64,000 nucleotides of DNA from contig CAZXHG010000012.1 of assembly GCA_964639985.1 (NCBI GenBank), positions 1,254 through 65,253 on the forward strand, written 5' to 3'. The translations under genes were made by a program, and so were the position numbers. This document shows, piece after piece, positions 1 to 11,200 of this stretch (its first letter is position 1; every line of letters starts with the position of its first letter). Source of the DNA: an uncultured Rickettsiales bacterium. GTDB taxonomy: Bacteria > Myxococcota_A > UBA796 > UBA9615 > CAYRNR01. The notes beneath the pieces were generated by a model. The model made no database searches. It was not told where the DNA came from and saw nothing but the letters and a program-made list of their open reading frames with translations.

Positions 1-2598
1 ATCGCTTCGGCGATGTTCGAGGGATTCAGCGGCGATATCAACGCCTCGCTGTGCAACAAGGGCCCCGGTGTCAAGGAGATCGGCACGAACCAGGAACGCG
101 TGGGGCGCTACGCGCGCATGGGGCGAGCCTCCCTGCGGTTCCCGGTCGAGCGCATCGTGGCCTACCTGCAGCACTACTTCTGCTATCACGCGACCCTGGA
201 TCTCGTGGAGGGCCACCTCTCCCGCACGGACAAGCTCGAGGTGCTCGTCGAGCGGTTCACGGCAGACGCCTCGTCCTATGTGCGGCGGAACTTCACCACG
301 CCGGCACCGATCACCTTCGAGCAGCTCGGAGACAACGACTTCGACACGCCGTTCGACAGCGAGATGAAGGACCGGATCAACGCTGTCATCGACTCCATCC
401 ACTCCAACCACACCCAGATCGAGAAGCAGCTTCTGGGGTTGACCGGCTGTCGCGGGGAGTCGGGGCTGGAGATCCAGATCGGGCTGGCCAGGGAGCTGTT
501 GATCCAGCTCGTCGAGACCAACGGCATCGAGTACGCCTTGGCGGCCATCGACAACCTCATCCAGCAACTCCACCTCCGCGGTGCGGCCGCCCGCGGCCGC
601 ATCGGCGGCGTCCCCGCGGACCTGGGGCGCGAGGAGCACGGTCCCGCGCTCGAGGCGTACATCGAAGAGCTCTACGGAGTCGATTCGCAGCCCTACCGGG
701 ACGGGTCCCACGCCGGGTTCGAGAACATCCGCAGCCGGCTCGAGGCCGACCGGAAATCCTGGGAGAAGAAGCGGAACTTCATGCAGAAGCTGCGGCTCGT
801 CGGGAATCCGCCGCGGACAATCACCCAGGATTCCCAGCGGGCCATCGAGAGCCTGAACACCGACTTCCAGCAGAACGTGGTCACCAAGCTGTGCACGGCG
901 CTGGCCGTGCAGTGCGAGATCCAGTTCAACCTGCGGTTCGAGAGTGAGCTGAGCGGCTTTGCTGCCAACCTCCGCCAGAGCCTCGAGACGCTGAGGTGCG
1001 ACGACGAGTACAACCAGGAATTCGGACTGATCCGGGACTACCGCCGCGCCATGGACGAGGTGGCCCTCCGGCCCATGAATCCCACGGACATCTACGTGGA
1101 CTGCAAGAGCCGCGCTGAATGCGAGGCCTTCGCGGATGACTTCCGTCAGCGGTACTCCGACATCGAATCGGTGCTGCAGGCCGTGGTGAACGATGGCGTG
1201 GTGCCGGGCATCCTCGACGGAGCGATCTCCGCGGAGACGGTCCGGCGGGTGCTGGAACCCGCGGTGAAGCGGCAGGTCGCGGACAACGCCAAGGGACTCA
1301 GCATCTCGCACTACTTCAAGAGACTGTTCGAGAGCAACAGACGCGAGCGGATCGACCACCTCTGGGAGATGCTCTACCGCACCGGCGGCTGGATGGGCAC
1401 GGTGGACATGGCTCGAGTGAAGGCCGAGAGCAAGGCCCAGTCGAGCTTCAAGAAATTCGAGTTCCTGGAGATGGCCGACCCCGATCTGTTCCAGCAGGTT
1501 CGAGGTTCAGCGGGGCAGAGCTTTGGCAACCAGGTTCGCGTGCACGGCGACCCCGAGCTACGTGAGACCATCGTGTTCACGCGCTACCAGTTCGAGCTGC
1601 CGCTGTTCGTGATCGACTCGATCTACAACACCTGGGAGCGATACGATTCGCTGGTCCGAGGGCACGACGAGGTCGACCAGGCCGCGGCCGTGCTCGCGAT
1701 GTACCATACATCCAAGGACTACTTCTATCTGGACGAGCCCCTCGCTCGGGTCACCCTCATCCCCGAGTCCGAGGAGTCCTGCACGATCAACCTGATGCTG
1801 CACCTGGGAGTGCTCTCCTCCGACTCCGAAGGAGTACTCGTCTGTCCTCCCCGTGCATCGCGAGGCGCGTCCACCGTCGGGCGCTGGCTCGAGGACGAGC
1901 ACGATTCATCCAGTGGCCTGCTGTTCGACGTCTACAGCCAGAACACCGCGGCCTATCCGGATCTGACGCAGCACCTGCTCAACCAGACGGCCGAGCGGTT
2001 GTTCGAGCTGGCCGATCCGACCGAGGACGCGTATCGGGACGAGATGCACCGTCACCTCGACGGCTACCTGGTGGACATCAAGTACCCGCTGGTGCCGCAG
2101 ACCCTGCTGGAGAACCGCCTGCGCCGGCGGTCGAACCAGCCCGGCTTCCAGAACTTCTTCACCCAGCGGAAGGACAAGTATGCGCGCAAGCTCGTCAAGG
2201 CCATGAAGAAGAGCAACCTGATCCAGCTGTATCGGTCAAGCGACGAGCTGGTCGCGGCCGGCTTCGCGGATCCGGCGGACCTGCACGCCTACTTCCTCAA
2301 CCCGCTGGTCTCGGGGCTGTCCCGCGGAGTGGTGAACACGACGATCGAGGAGGAGGACACGTCGGAGCCGTCGCTCGTCCCCCCGAAGCTGGACGACGAG
2401 CCCTCACCCGATGCCGTCCCTCCCAAATCGGTTGATGGTGAGCCTGATGGCCCTGAGACCGTCCCCCCCCCCATCAACGATGTGATCGAACAGCTGGAGC
2501 GCCTCGTGAAGCTCAAGGCGGCCGGTGAGCTCGACGAGGACTCGTTCCAGCTGATGAAGGCGAGTCTGATGCAGTCGCTCACGGGAGGCGCGTCCTGA
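1..2598 (+). CDS. Large hypothetical protein, 5' end probably outside the window, with a C-terminal SHOCT-like short oligomerisation motif
   Basis: ORF 13-2598 is open back to nt 1 in the same frame. C-terminus DVIEQLERLVKLKAAGELDEDSFQLMKASLMQSL fits the SHOCT pattern. TGA stop lies 1 nt before the ATG of the next gene. No other recognisable motif. Confidence 0.5.
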   Translation: MASAMFEGFSGDINASLCNKGPGVKEIGTNQERVGRYARMGRASLRFPVERIVAYLQHYFCYHATLDLVEGHLSRTDKLEVLVERFTADASSYVRRNFTTPAPITFEQLGDNDFDTPFDSEMKDRINAVIDSIHSNHTQIEKQLLGLTGCRGESGLEIQIGLARELLIQLVETNGIEYALAAIDNLIQQLHLRGAAARGRIGGVPADLGREEHGPALEAYIEELYGVDSQPYRDGSHAGFENIRSRLEADRKSWEKKRNFMQKLRLVGNPPRTITQDSQRAIESLNTDFQQNVVTKLCTALAVQCEIQFNLRFESELSGFAANLRQSLETLRCDDEYNQEFGLIRDYRRAMDEVALRPMNPTDIYVDCKSRAECEAFADDFRQRYSDIESVLQAVVNDGVVPGILDGAISAETVRRVLEPAVKRQVADNAKGLSISHYFKRLFESNRRERIDHLWEMLYRTGGWMGTVDMARVKAESKAQSSFKKFEFLEMADPDLFQQVRGSAGQSFGNQVRVHGDPELRETIVFTRYQFELPLFVIDSIYNTWERYDSLVRGHDEVDQAAAVLAMYHTSKDYFYLDEPLARVTLIPESEESCTINLMLHLGVLSSDSEGVLVCPPRASRGASTVGRWLEDEHDSSSGLLFDVYSQNTAAYPDLTQHLLNQTAERLFELADPTEDAYRDEMHRHLDGYLVDIKYPLVPQTLLENRLRRRSNQPGFQNFFTQRKDKYARKLVKAMKKSNLIQLYRSSDELVAAGFADPADLHAYFLNPLVSGLSRGVVNTTIEEEDTSEPSLVPPKLDDEPSPDAVPPKSVDGEPDGPETVPPPINDVIEQLERLVKLKAAGELDEDSFQLMKASLMQSLTGGAS

Positions 2599-2599
2599 C

Positions 2600-5500
2600 A
2601 TGGCGCGGAAGGGCACGCTTCGAGGGCGACATGCGGCGCGGCTGGCCGGGGGCGTGCTGTCCGTTGCAGCTCTCCTGCTGTTGCCCTGGCCTGCGACCGC
2701 TGCGGCCAGCCGCATCGCGATCGTGGTCGACAACTCGGGCAGCATGTACGGGAATTGCTCGCCTGGTCCCTGCGAGGACATCTCGCCCGATGTCAAGCAC
2801 GCCCTGCGGATCATCCTCGAGCTGACCGACGCCTACAACGCCGACAAGGCCGAGGCAGACCAGGTCGATGTCGTGCTGACCCTGTTCGGCGGCGCGAAAT
2901 CCAAGGACGACCCGGGACAGCCAGAATTCCAGGAGGTGGAGCTGTCCGGTGTTCTCTCCACGGACCTGACCACCCTCGAGCGTGAGATCCAGCGCGACAG
3001 GGGATACCACGGCACGGACTTCACCACGGGCTTCCGGGGGACGGCAGAGGCCCTCGCGCGCCGTGGCCGTGCGGACACGAGCATCTTCCTGACCGATGCC
3101 AGGAACCACGGCACGGGAGCTGCGGACGGGATCGATCTCACGCTGTTCGGCAGGACATACCTCTACGGTTTCCGGGCGGAGGCCCGGACCCTGGACCAGT
3201 GGGAGGGGTATTTCGAGGACCAGGGAGGCCACGCCGAGGTACACCCCCTCAGGTACGGCTGGCAGGTCAGCGATTCGTTCATCACCGTGTTCGTGAAGCT
3301 GCTGGCGTCCCAGGCCGGCCAGCGGTACCTCACGAGGCAGGCGCTCGAGGTCGGTCCGGGCAACGCCCAGGTCGATGTTCGCAAGCTTGGTGACGGGGCG
3401 GCGACGCTGTTCCTCGTACACGCGCAGGAAGCACTTCGCCTCTCCGGCGTCCAGCGTGGCGATCAGCCTGTGGACCCTTCCGCCTACACCAGCCGTTCGG
3501 GCACGAGCCTGTTGACGCTCCAGCTGGCGGAAGGTTCGGAAGCCGGGGTGTACTCGCTGCTGTTCGAGTCGCCGAAGCACTCGCAGGTCGTGACCGCCAT
3601 CCTCATCGACGGAGTGTCCCTCGTCCTCGTCGACCGGCTCCATCTGCCGGGGACCGCGGAAGAGCACAAGCGGAACGAGGAGGTCGGGTTCCACTTCGGC
3701 TTCGCGGCTGCCTCGGCTCCCGAGGGCGTCCTGCTCGACGCCGAGAGCGAACGGTCGTTCCTCGACCTGATCGACATCCGGATCGTCGCGTCGGAGAGCG
3801 AAGGAACGGACCTGTGGGACGTCGAGGATCCCGGGTCGTCATTGCAGCGGACCCACGTGTTCGCCCCCTCCGTCACCGGGGATTCCCGCTACGCCGTGCA
3901 GACCGGATGGAGCTACGTGTCGGCCGTGCCCGAAGCGAGCTTCCAGGCTGGCGAGTTCGTCCTGTCGGAGTTCCCCGCTCAGGAGCTGAGGCTCTCCTTC
4001 GCCTCGGATCGTGGCGCTGACATCTGGGAGGCCCGCGACGTGCGCGCCTCGGCCCGCTGGGTCGAGGGGCCGGATCCGATAAGGGACGAACACCTCAACG
4101 CACGCGAGATTCGACTCCGGCACGAATCCAGCGGTAGGGAATTCGTCCTCTCTCGGTCCGACGACGAGTCGCCCTACAGCGGAGACCTGGGGGGAGACCT
4201 CGGCCCCGGGACACACACCTTTGCCTTGCTGGCGCCGGATCCTGGCGAGACCCCCGGAATCGTGCTGACTGGCCGGGAACTCAAGATCCAGCCGCGAGCC
4301 ATCCGGGTCAACCTCCGCGAGACCTTTGCGCGAGAGGCCCTCCCCGAAGAGGAGAAGCTGATCGCGCGCATCCGCGCCGGGTTGAGGTTCCTGCTGGGCA
4401 AGGCCGGGGGAGAGACCGAGACGCGGGAGGTCGTGCTCGACTCATTCCCCCAGGAGCTGGAAGTGCTGCTGCTGTACTACGGTGCAGCGGAACACGAGCT
4501 GGTGTTCAGCCTCGAGATCGATCCCGTGTTCGAGGACGAGACGCCGACCGTGGGCGCCGCCCTCTCCGGCAACCGTGCGTTCGACGCCAGGGACGCCTGG
4601 CAGCCTCGCCTGTTCGGCCTCTCGCGGGGACGAAAGACGACGGTCGAGGACGCGCTGGCCATCGATCTGGACCCGGATCCTCCCGCGGGGACCCCTGGCC
4701 AGACCACCACGGTCAAGCTGGTGAAGGCCAACTGCGACTGGAACATCAAGATCCCGCTCGCGCCCGCCCCGGAGCTGACGTACGAGCCCGCTCTGGAGCG
4801 TGCGGGCGTGGTCCGGGAGCTGGAACCGGCCGTGATCCGGCTCAGCGTGAAGACGCGCCCGCTCGATCAACAGATCATCAACGCCCTGCGCAAGTCGGCC
4901 ATCACGGCGCTGCTCTTCATCGCCCTGTTGATCGTGCTGACCATCCTCGCCCTGCTGATGGCCTGGCGTGCCCGTGACGTGTCCAAGATGGAGGTCTGGA
5001 ACGACCTCCTCAAGCGAGCCCCCTGGGACTTCTGCCGCCGCGAGCTGGTGGGGACACACTTCCCCAAGGGGGCCTTCCGGCGGCTCGAGAAGTTCGTGGA
5101 GGATGAGCCCTCCGAGAAGCCGTACCAGCGGATGCGCAAGCTGATCACGAGCAGCGATCCTGCCGACCGGAAGGAGCTGCGCCGGCTTCGCTGGGCGTCG
5201 CGCAAGAGCGAACTCGAGGCCCTGCGCGCGCGCTGCAAGCAGCAGAACCTCAAGGCCTCGTGGGAGTTCGACCTGGCACCGTCCCAGTCCGTGGCCGTCT
5301 GCGGGACGGACGCCGATCAGGACGAGCGGGCCGTGCGGTTGCGAGACCGACGGCACCTCCGGTCCGACCAGGGCCGGGTCGCCCTGGTCTCGGAGAGGGG
5401 GAGGGGCGGCGCTGCCCCGCGGTATCTCGTCTCGTACCACCCCAGCGAGCACGTCACCTGCCGCGTGAAGGGGGGTGAGGTCGAGGTCCCGCCGCACCGG

Positions 5501-5623
5501 GGGCCGCTGGAGATCGAACCGGGGTCCTACGTCGACATCGGTCCGGATGCCGCCAATCTCAGGATCCGCCTCTCGGCGTCCTACATCGACGGTCGCATCA
5601 CGGTGACCACCACTCCGCTCTGA
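2600..5623 (+). CDS. von Willebrand factor A (vWA) domain protein: signal peptide, extracytoplasmic vWA domain, C-terminal TM helix and cytoplasmic tail
   Basis: N-terminal signal-like LAGGVLSVAALLLLPWPATAAAS. MIDAS DxSxS motif IAIVVDNSGSMYG with downstream T and D residues (TDFTTGF, LTDARNHG). TM helix ITALLFIALLIVLTILALLMAW near residue 770. GGGAGG SD upstream of ATG 2600. Confidence 0.7.
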   Translation: MARKGTLRGRHAARLAGGVLSVAALLLLPWPATAAASRIAIVVDNSGSMYGNCSPGPCEDISPDVKHALRIILELTDAYNADKAEADQVDVVLTLFGGAKSKDDPGQPEFQEVELSGVLSTDLTTLEREIQRDRGYHGTDFTTGFRGTAEALARRGRADTSIFLTDARNHGTGAADGIDLTLFGRTYLYGFRAEARTLDQWEGYFEDQGGHAEVHPLRYGWQVSDSFITVFVKLLASQAGQRYLTRQALEVGPGNAQVDVRKLGDGAATLFLVHAQEALRLSGVQRGDQPVDPSAYTSRSGTSLLTLQLAEGSEAGVYSLLFESPKHSQVVTAILIDGVSLVLVDRLHLPGTAEEHKRNEEVGFHFGFAAASAPEGVLLDAESERSFLDLIDIRIVASESEGTDLWDVEDPGSSLQRTHVFAPSVTGDSRYAVQTGWSYVSAVPEASFQAGEFVLSEFPAQELRLSFASDRGADIWEARDVRASARWVEGPDPIRDEHLNAREIRLRHESSGREFVLSRSDDESPYSGDLGGDLGPGTHTFALLAPDPGETPGIVLTGRELKIQPRAIRVNLRETFAREALPEEEKLIARIRAGLRFLLGKAGGETETREVVLDSFPQELEVLLLYYGAAEHELVFSLEIDPVFEDETPTVGAALSGNRAFDARDAWQPRLFGLSRGRKTTVEDALAIDLDPDPPAGTPGQTTTVKLVKANCDWNIKIPLAPAPELTYEPALERAGVVRELEPAVIRLSVKTRPLDQQIINALRKSAITALLFIALLIVLTILALLMAWRARDVSKMEVWNDLLKRAPWDFCRRELVGTHFPKGAFRRLEKFVEDEPSEKPYQRMRKLITSSDPADRKELRRLRWASRKSELEALRARCKQQNLKASWEFDLAPSQSVAVCGTDADQDERAVRLRDRRHLRSDQGRVALVSERGRGGAAPRYLVSYHPSEHVTCRVKGGEVEVPPHRGPLEIEPGSYVDIGPDAANLRIRLSASYIDGRITVTTTPL

Positions 5624-5643
5624 GCGATGGGAGGGACAGCACG

Positions 5644-8166
5644 ATGAGTGCTCTGCTGGACAACAGGTACAGGCTGACCATCATCGCCGTCCTCGTCGGC
5701 CTGCTCGTGCTGTGCCTGCTGCTCGCGGTGGCTCTGTACCGACCCTGGGACTTCCGGCAGCCTCCTGAGGACGAGGGCCTGACGACGGAAGATGTGCAGC
5801 AGGCCATCGACGAGCGGGGGTACGAGTGGACGGCCGAGGACAACAAGTTCACGGACATGAGTGAGGAGGAACGACAGCGCTGGCTCGGTGTGTTGCCATC
5901 GGATGATGAGGTGCCCGTCGGGGATGATGACGACTCCAGTGAGGGCGAAGGGACTCCCGACGGCGACGATGACGACTCCTCCGAACCACCCCCGAGTGCG
6001 AGCATGCTGCCCCCGGCCCGGGACGCCCCGCCTGCGCTGGACTTCCGGCCGCTGGCGTCGCCGATCCGGAATCAGGCGGGCTGCGGCAGCTGCTGGGCCT
6101 ACTCCGCGCTGAGTCCGGTCGAATCCAAGTACAACGAGGCATGCGAGGCCGTGGGGCGAGGGCAGGCCGATCTCTCGGAGCAGTACCTCCTGTCCTGCGA
6201 GGGGAGCTGCCGGGGCCACTTCATGGTCCCCACCTTCGAGTACATGGAGGACGAGGGCTTTCCGCGCGAGCCCTGCTGCCCCTATCGAGCGCTGGGGGCC
6301 CGGTCGTACTGCTCCACCTCGTGTGACCCGGGCGAGCTGTACCGGATCACCGGCTTCACCAAGCACCGCGGTCGACCCTGGCCCGGGTTGACGGGCAACC
6401 CGGGGCCAGCGAGTCAGGAGTGGATCGACGGCGTGAAGGAACTTCTGGTCGAGCACGGGCCGCTTTCGACCACGTTGAGGGTGCAGGCAGATTTCTGGCA
6501 TTTTGGCGACGGCGTGGGCAGCAACGGTGTCTACCGGTCGACCACGCCGGTGACGAACGGCTACCACGCCGTCGCGCTGCATGGATACGACACCGCAGGC
6601 CGGTACTGGATCGCACGCAACAGTTGGGGGGAGGACTGGGGCGAGGACGGTTACTTCCGGATCAGCTGGGACGACGAGTACTCCGCCTTCGGCGCGGAAA
6701 TGTACTCTGTCGAGGTGGACACATCGGGGAACCTGCCGTGCAGCACCCCGCCCCCGCCGCCTCCGCCCCCGGATCCCTGTTCGGAGCACGCGGCAGACCT
6801 GCCGCGAGGTGTGGAGTTCTCGGACACCACGAAGGAGGCCATCGCGGGCTTCGGAGAGTCCATCCGGGTTCCGTGTACGGAGGAGGGGGCACGGGAGATC
6901 CCTGGCCTGGACATCGAGGCCGTGATCGATGGCGGGCCCGGTGACCGGGACGCGGTCGCTCGCGCGACCCGGACCGACCTCGTCGTGAACGGTGGCTTGG
7001 CCGTGGAACTCGAGCCCGACGGTGAGGTCCTGCGAGGAACCCTGACGTGGAACGATGCGCTGGTGCCCGTCAACGACATGGTGTTCGAGTTGCGGTCTCG
7101 CTACCGGCCCGACCCGGCCGAGGAGGCATGGTGCTCGTTGCCTCCGGATTCCCAGGCCATCACCCTTCCGTCGGCGCTGGAGAGGACCTCGGCGTCGGTC
7201 GAGCCGCTCTCGACCCGCATGCGTGTGGAGGATGGCATGCTCGTCGGCGAGGTGAGCGTGCCCGTCGCCGACTACCTGGACTGGGCGGACGACTGTGCGG
7301 ACCTCGAGATCTCGCCGCGACTGTCCCTCCCCGATGACGGCGTTTTCGTGCTGGGATCGGTCGTCCCGGATACCATCGGGCTGGCGCAGGGTGACATCGA
7401 CATCACCCTCGAGGCCCTTCCCAGTCGAGAGGGTGCGAGGCTCGGCGAGGCGACGGTCGTGCTGGTCCTCCCGCCGCCTGCGGGCGCTGGGGATGTCGAA
7501 CCGATCGAGATCCCGGTCGACGTCCGCTGGAGTGTGGGCTACACGCAGTACATCCTGCTGGGTGCCGCGTTGGTGTGGATCATCGTTGCCACACTGATCA
7601 TCATCCACGCGACCACGGTGGACAAACGCAACTACTGGTATCGCTACCTGCGGCCGAGGTGGCCGGAGGACTTCCGGGGTGATCCCGACGCCTTCCGCGG
7701 TGACAGCCTGGACGTGTTCGAGTCGGAAGACGAGCTGATCGCGGCGTTCCGCAACCCGGCCTTGCCGGTGATGATGAAGTTCCTGCGGCGGCAGCGCTGG
7801 AAGGACCTGCGCGCCCTGTTCGAGCGTTGTCGTCGGTCGTTCCCCGGTCCCCTGGTCTTCCCGAGGAACGGTGGCGCCGTGGAGCTGTCATCGACCACCG
7901 GGGGAGACCGGGTGTACCGCACGCGAATCCGCGAACTGCCCGGGCCGTTTGCCCGCATCGTGGACGACGGTTCGTCGGATGCGCCTTATCTGATGCCCCT
8001 GGAGGGGTACTTCGAGGATGTCGAGGGGCGGTTCCTGCAGCGGCGCACGCCCGTGCCGCTCGAGGGACAGCTCCAATTCAGGGTGGGGCTGTCCTCGGCC
8101 AACGTGGCTCTGATCAGCGTCGCAGTGGGGACGGATGTGATCACGGTGACGTGTACGGCGTTGTGA
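5644..8166 (+). CDS. Membrane-anchored papain-like cysteine peptidase (family C1) with poly-Pro linker, second TM helix and cytoplasmic tail
   Basis: N-terminal TM IIAVLVGLLVLCLLLAVALY. Catalytic Cys motif NQAGCGSCWAYSAL, His in GYHAVALHGYD, Asn/Trp in YWIARNSWGEDWGEDGYFRI. Linker PPPPPPPPDP. Second TM YILLGAALVWIIVATLIIIHA. GGGAGGG SD upstream. Confidence 0.75.
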   Translation: MSALLDNRYRLTIIAVLVGLLVLCLLLAVALYRPWDFRQPPEDEGLTTEDVQQAIDERGYEWTAEDNKFTDMSEEERQRWLGVLPSDDEVPVGDDDDSSEGEGTPDGDDDDSSEPPPSASMLPPARDAPPALDFRPLASPIRNQAGCGSCWAYSALSPVESKYNEACEAVGRGQADLSEQYLLSCEGSCRGHFMVPTFEYMEDEGFPREPCCPYRALGARSYCSTSCDPGELYRITGFTKHRGRPWPGLTGNPGPASQEWIDGVKELLVEHGPLSTTLRVQADFWHFGDGVGSNGVYRSTTPVTNGYHAVALHGYDTAGRYWIARNSWGEDWGEDGYFRISWDDEYSAFGAEMYSVEVDTSGNLPCSTPPPPPPPPDPCSEHAADLPRGVEFSDTTKEAIAGFGESIRVPCTEEGAREIPGLDIEAVIDGGPGDRDAVARATRTDLVVNGGLAVELEPDGEVLRGTLTWNDALVPVNDMVFELRSRYRPDPAEEAWCSLPPDSQAITLPSALERTSASVEPLSTRMRVEDGMLVGEVSVPVADYLDWADDCADLEISPRLSLPDDGVFVLGSVVPDTIGLAQGDIDITLEALPSREGARLGEATVVLVLPPPAGAGDVEPIEIPVDVRWSVGYTQYILLGAALVWIIVATLIIIHATTVDKRNYWYRYLRPRWPEDFRGDPDAFRGDSLDVFESEDELIAAFRNPALPVMMKFLRRQRWKDLRALFERCRRSFPGPLVFPRNGGAVELSSTTGGDRVYRTRIRELPGPFARIVDDGSSDAPYLMPLEGYFEDVEGRFLQRRTPVPLEGQLQFRVGLSSANVALISVAVGTDVITVTCTAL

Positions 8167-8244
8167 GCTGTGCGGTTCGCGGCAGGTGAACAGGCGGGGG
8201 GCCGGGATCGGGCGGAGGTCCGCCGGGAGGAGGGGAGCACACGC

Positions 8245-11200
8245 ATGAACAAGATCGTTGTAGCGGCCTGCCTGGTCTTCGTTTGCTCGTGCTTCGCCGT
8301 CGAGGTCCGTGCGGCCGATCTGTACCGGATTGCGGAGATCGTCGTTCGCGGTGAACCGAGGGACAGCTCCGACGCTGCCATCGTACTGGAGGGGGCGGAG
8401 GAAGTCGAAATCCACGTCGGTATGGAGCTGTATGGCGGCGACACGATCCGTGTCTGGGTGCCGGGCGTGCGTGTTCGGCTGGTTGGGGACGGTGGGGACA
8501 CGTTCGCCGTGGAGCACGGCCGAGATGGCCCGGCCGACTACACGGTCGGCGAGCCCGATAGTTGCTGGCAACGAGCGGGGAAGGTGACGTACGGCGTCTT
8601 CGAGCGAGCTGCGGAGACCTTCGAGTGCCTCGTCGGTCCAGAAGATCGGGCGATCCCGCTGGGGGTCGAGGGGACCCGCTTTTCGGTCGACGTACTCGAC
8701 AATGGACTGGAGGTGACGGTCGCCGACGGTGTGGTCGTCGTTGGTGAACCGGGGTCCCCGCTTCATCGACGGATCGAGAACGGCCGCTTGCTCCGGGTGC
8801 AGGGAGACGACCTGATCGAGGAGGAGGTCGACCGGGAGACGGTGGTCCGCGTTCGTGACTCGCTCGTGGAGGTGACCGTTCGCGAGACCGAGGGCGACGC
8901 GACCGGTTTTATCCTCCTGGGTGACAAGGGGGGATTCGAGCGACGGACCGTGGAGACGGTGCGCGTCGTGCGGTCGACCTTCGGCAATCCGGACAAGAGC
9001 GTGCACGCTGGTGACACTCTGGAACGCTACAGGCAAGAAGGGGTTCCGGGCGTCGACGCGTTCTCTGCGACGGAACTGTGGACCCTCGCTGATGCGCTGT
9101 TCGAGCAGGGGGACTTCGGCACCGCCCTGGAGATCTACACCCGAGCGCATGATTTCCATACGGGCGACGACGCAGGCAGAGCCAGGCTGAAGGCGAACCT
9201 GGGCATCTGCGCGCTCGAGTTGGGCGACTTGCAGGTGGCGGAGCAGCATCTCCTGGCGGCTGATGAGGTGGTCGCCGATGATTACACGGTTCTGGCAGCC
9301 CTGGTCGATCTCTACCAGGACCGCCGCAATCCGCGGCTCCGGCAGGCCAACGAGTTCATGGATCGCCTGCTGGCCGTGAGGGGGCGCAGTGCCCTGGAGT
9401 GCCGGATGGCCGGCCGGCAAGCCCTGGATCTGTGGAGGTTCGAGGAGGCCGCCGTCCTGTACGAGGAGGCGGCCAGCCATTACCAGGCGGTGGAGGATCG
9501 GCACGGGCTGATCTGGTCCTGGATCGGACTGGGTGATGCCGTTCGGGATGTCGGGCGATACGACGACGCTACGAGGTACTACCAGCGAGCTTGCGATCTG
9601 GCGGACAACACGGAGTGCGGATCGGAGGTCTCCGAGGAGATGGCTCGCGACGAGCTCGTGGCCCACGAGAGGATGGGGACGGTGCTCTGCTACCAGGGCA
9701 GGACCCGGGAAGGGCTGGAGCACTACCGTCTGGCCCTGGCCATCCAGCAGCAGGTCGTAGCGGCGGATCCAGACCGCGCGAAGCTGAGCCGGGAACTCAT
9801 GATCTCGTACGAGAACATGGGAGATGTACTTGCCGACCTTGGCGAGACGCAGCAGGCGCTGGAGTACTATGAAATCGCGGAGGACATCGCGGACCTAAGG
9901 TACCGGATTGTCCTTGCGTCGGAACTTGCCTGTCTCCGCCAAGAGGAGCGGACCGATGGGACAAAATTCAGCAGGAAGCGGAAGATCGATCCGCCTACGC
10001 CGGAGCTCAGGGCCCGGACTGGTAGGGACGCGTCACGTCTATTACGGAAGTCCGCCTCCGTCCACCAATCTCTGGGCCTGACGGAGGAGGCGATAGAGCG
10101 CCGCAGCTTGTCGCTGGAGATCATGCAGTGGCTGGCTTCCAGGGCGCCTGACGATGTGAAGACCCAGCTGGGGCTGGGGGCCGCGCACCTCGAACTGGGC
10201 AACACACTCGGACGGGCGGGCGACAGTGAGGGTTCGCTGGCCCACCACCGCTCGGCGCTGCAAATCACCCAGCAGCTGGTCCAGCAAGACCCCTGCGTGG
10301 ATCTGTTGCATGCACGACTCGCTACGCACCTCATGGCAACGGCCGATGTGATGGCCGAACTGGGTATGTCCGACGAGGCTCTCGAACACTACGAACGGTG
10401 TCTGGAGATCCGAGAGAGGCTGTCCGCGGCGTCTCCTCATCAGACAGGTCGTCTGGCACGGTTGGCCAACACGCACAGCGACATCGGCATCGCGAAGAGC
10501 AATGTCGGGCTGATGGATGCGGCACTGGATCACTATCGAAGGGCGATCGAAATCCGGCAGGGCCTGGCGGCGGTGGAGCCGGAACGAACCGACTTCCAGC
10601 TTTCACTCGCCCATGCTCATCGAGCCCTCGGCACCGCCCTGGAGCAGAAGGGCAGGACGAATGAGGCCCTGGTGCACTATCAACTCAGCCTGGAGGTCAC
10701 CGCGAGTCTGGTGGAGACGGAGCCGGAGCGGTCCGACTTCCAGGGCGCACTGGCCAGGTCGGCCATGAAGGTTGGCTGGGTACACGAGGTTCAGGGGGAA
10801 TCCCAGGCAGCTCTGGAACAGTACCTCCGTGCTCTCGAGATTCGCGGGCGACTGGTCGAATCCTCGCCTAGCAGGCAGGACTACAAGGAAGCGCTGGCCA
10901 GCGCTCACTGCAGTGTCGGTGAGGGTCATTTTCCCCAGGGATTGTACGAGGAGGGAATCTCGCACCTCAAGCACGCGCTGGCACTCCGCCAAGCGGTTGT
11001 GGATGCAGACCCGTTGAACACCGACTCGCAGCGAGTGCTAGCGGTCTCCCATGGCTTGCTCGGTTACCGCTTGGAAGACTTGGGCGAGGAGACGGCTGCT
11101 CTTACCCACTACCACAGCAGCGCGGGCATCCTAGCTCGCTTGGCCGAAGCCGAGCCAGATCGACGGGATTTCCAGTACGATCTAGCCATCTCTCTGGGGC

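Noticed and set aside
51-947. 298-aa + strand ORF overlapping gene 1 in another frame, together with many similar Arg/Pro/Gly-rich ORFs (e.g. 2579-3694, 4442-5497, 5581-7608, 7888-9723, 12375-13322, 13469-14704, 24333-25151, 30190-31014, 37455-38570)
   Set aside because: Typical high-GC shadow ORFs. Low-complexity R/P/G/A composition, no motifs, fully embedded in or antisense to long ORFs that carry real domain signatures.
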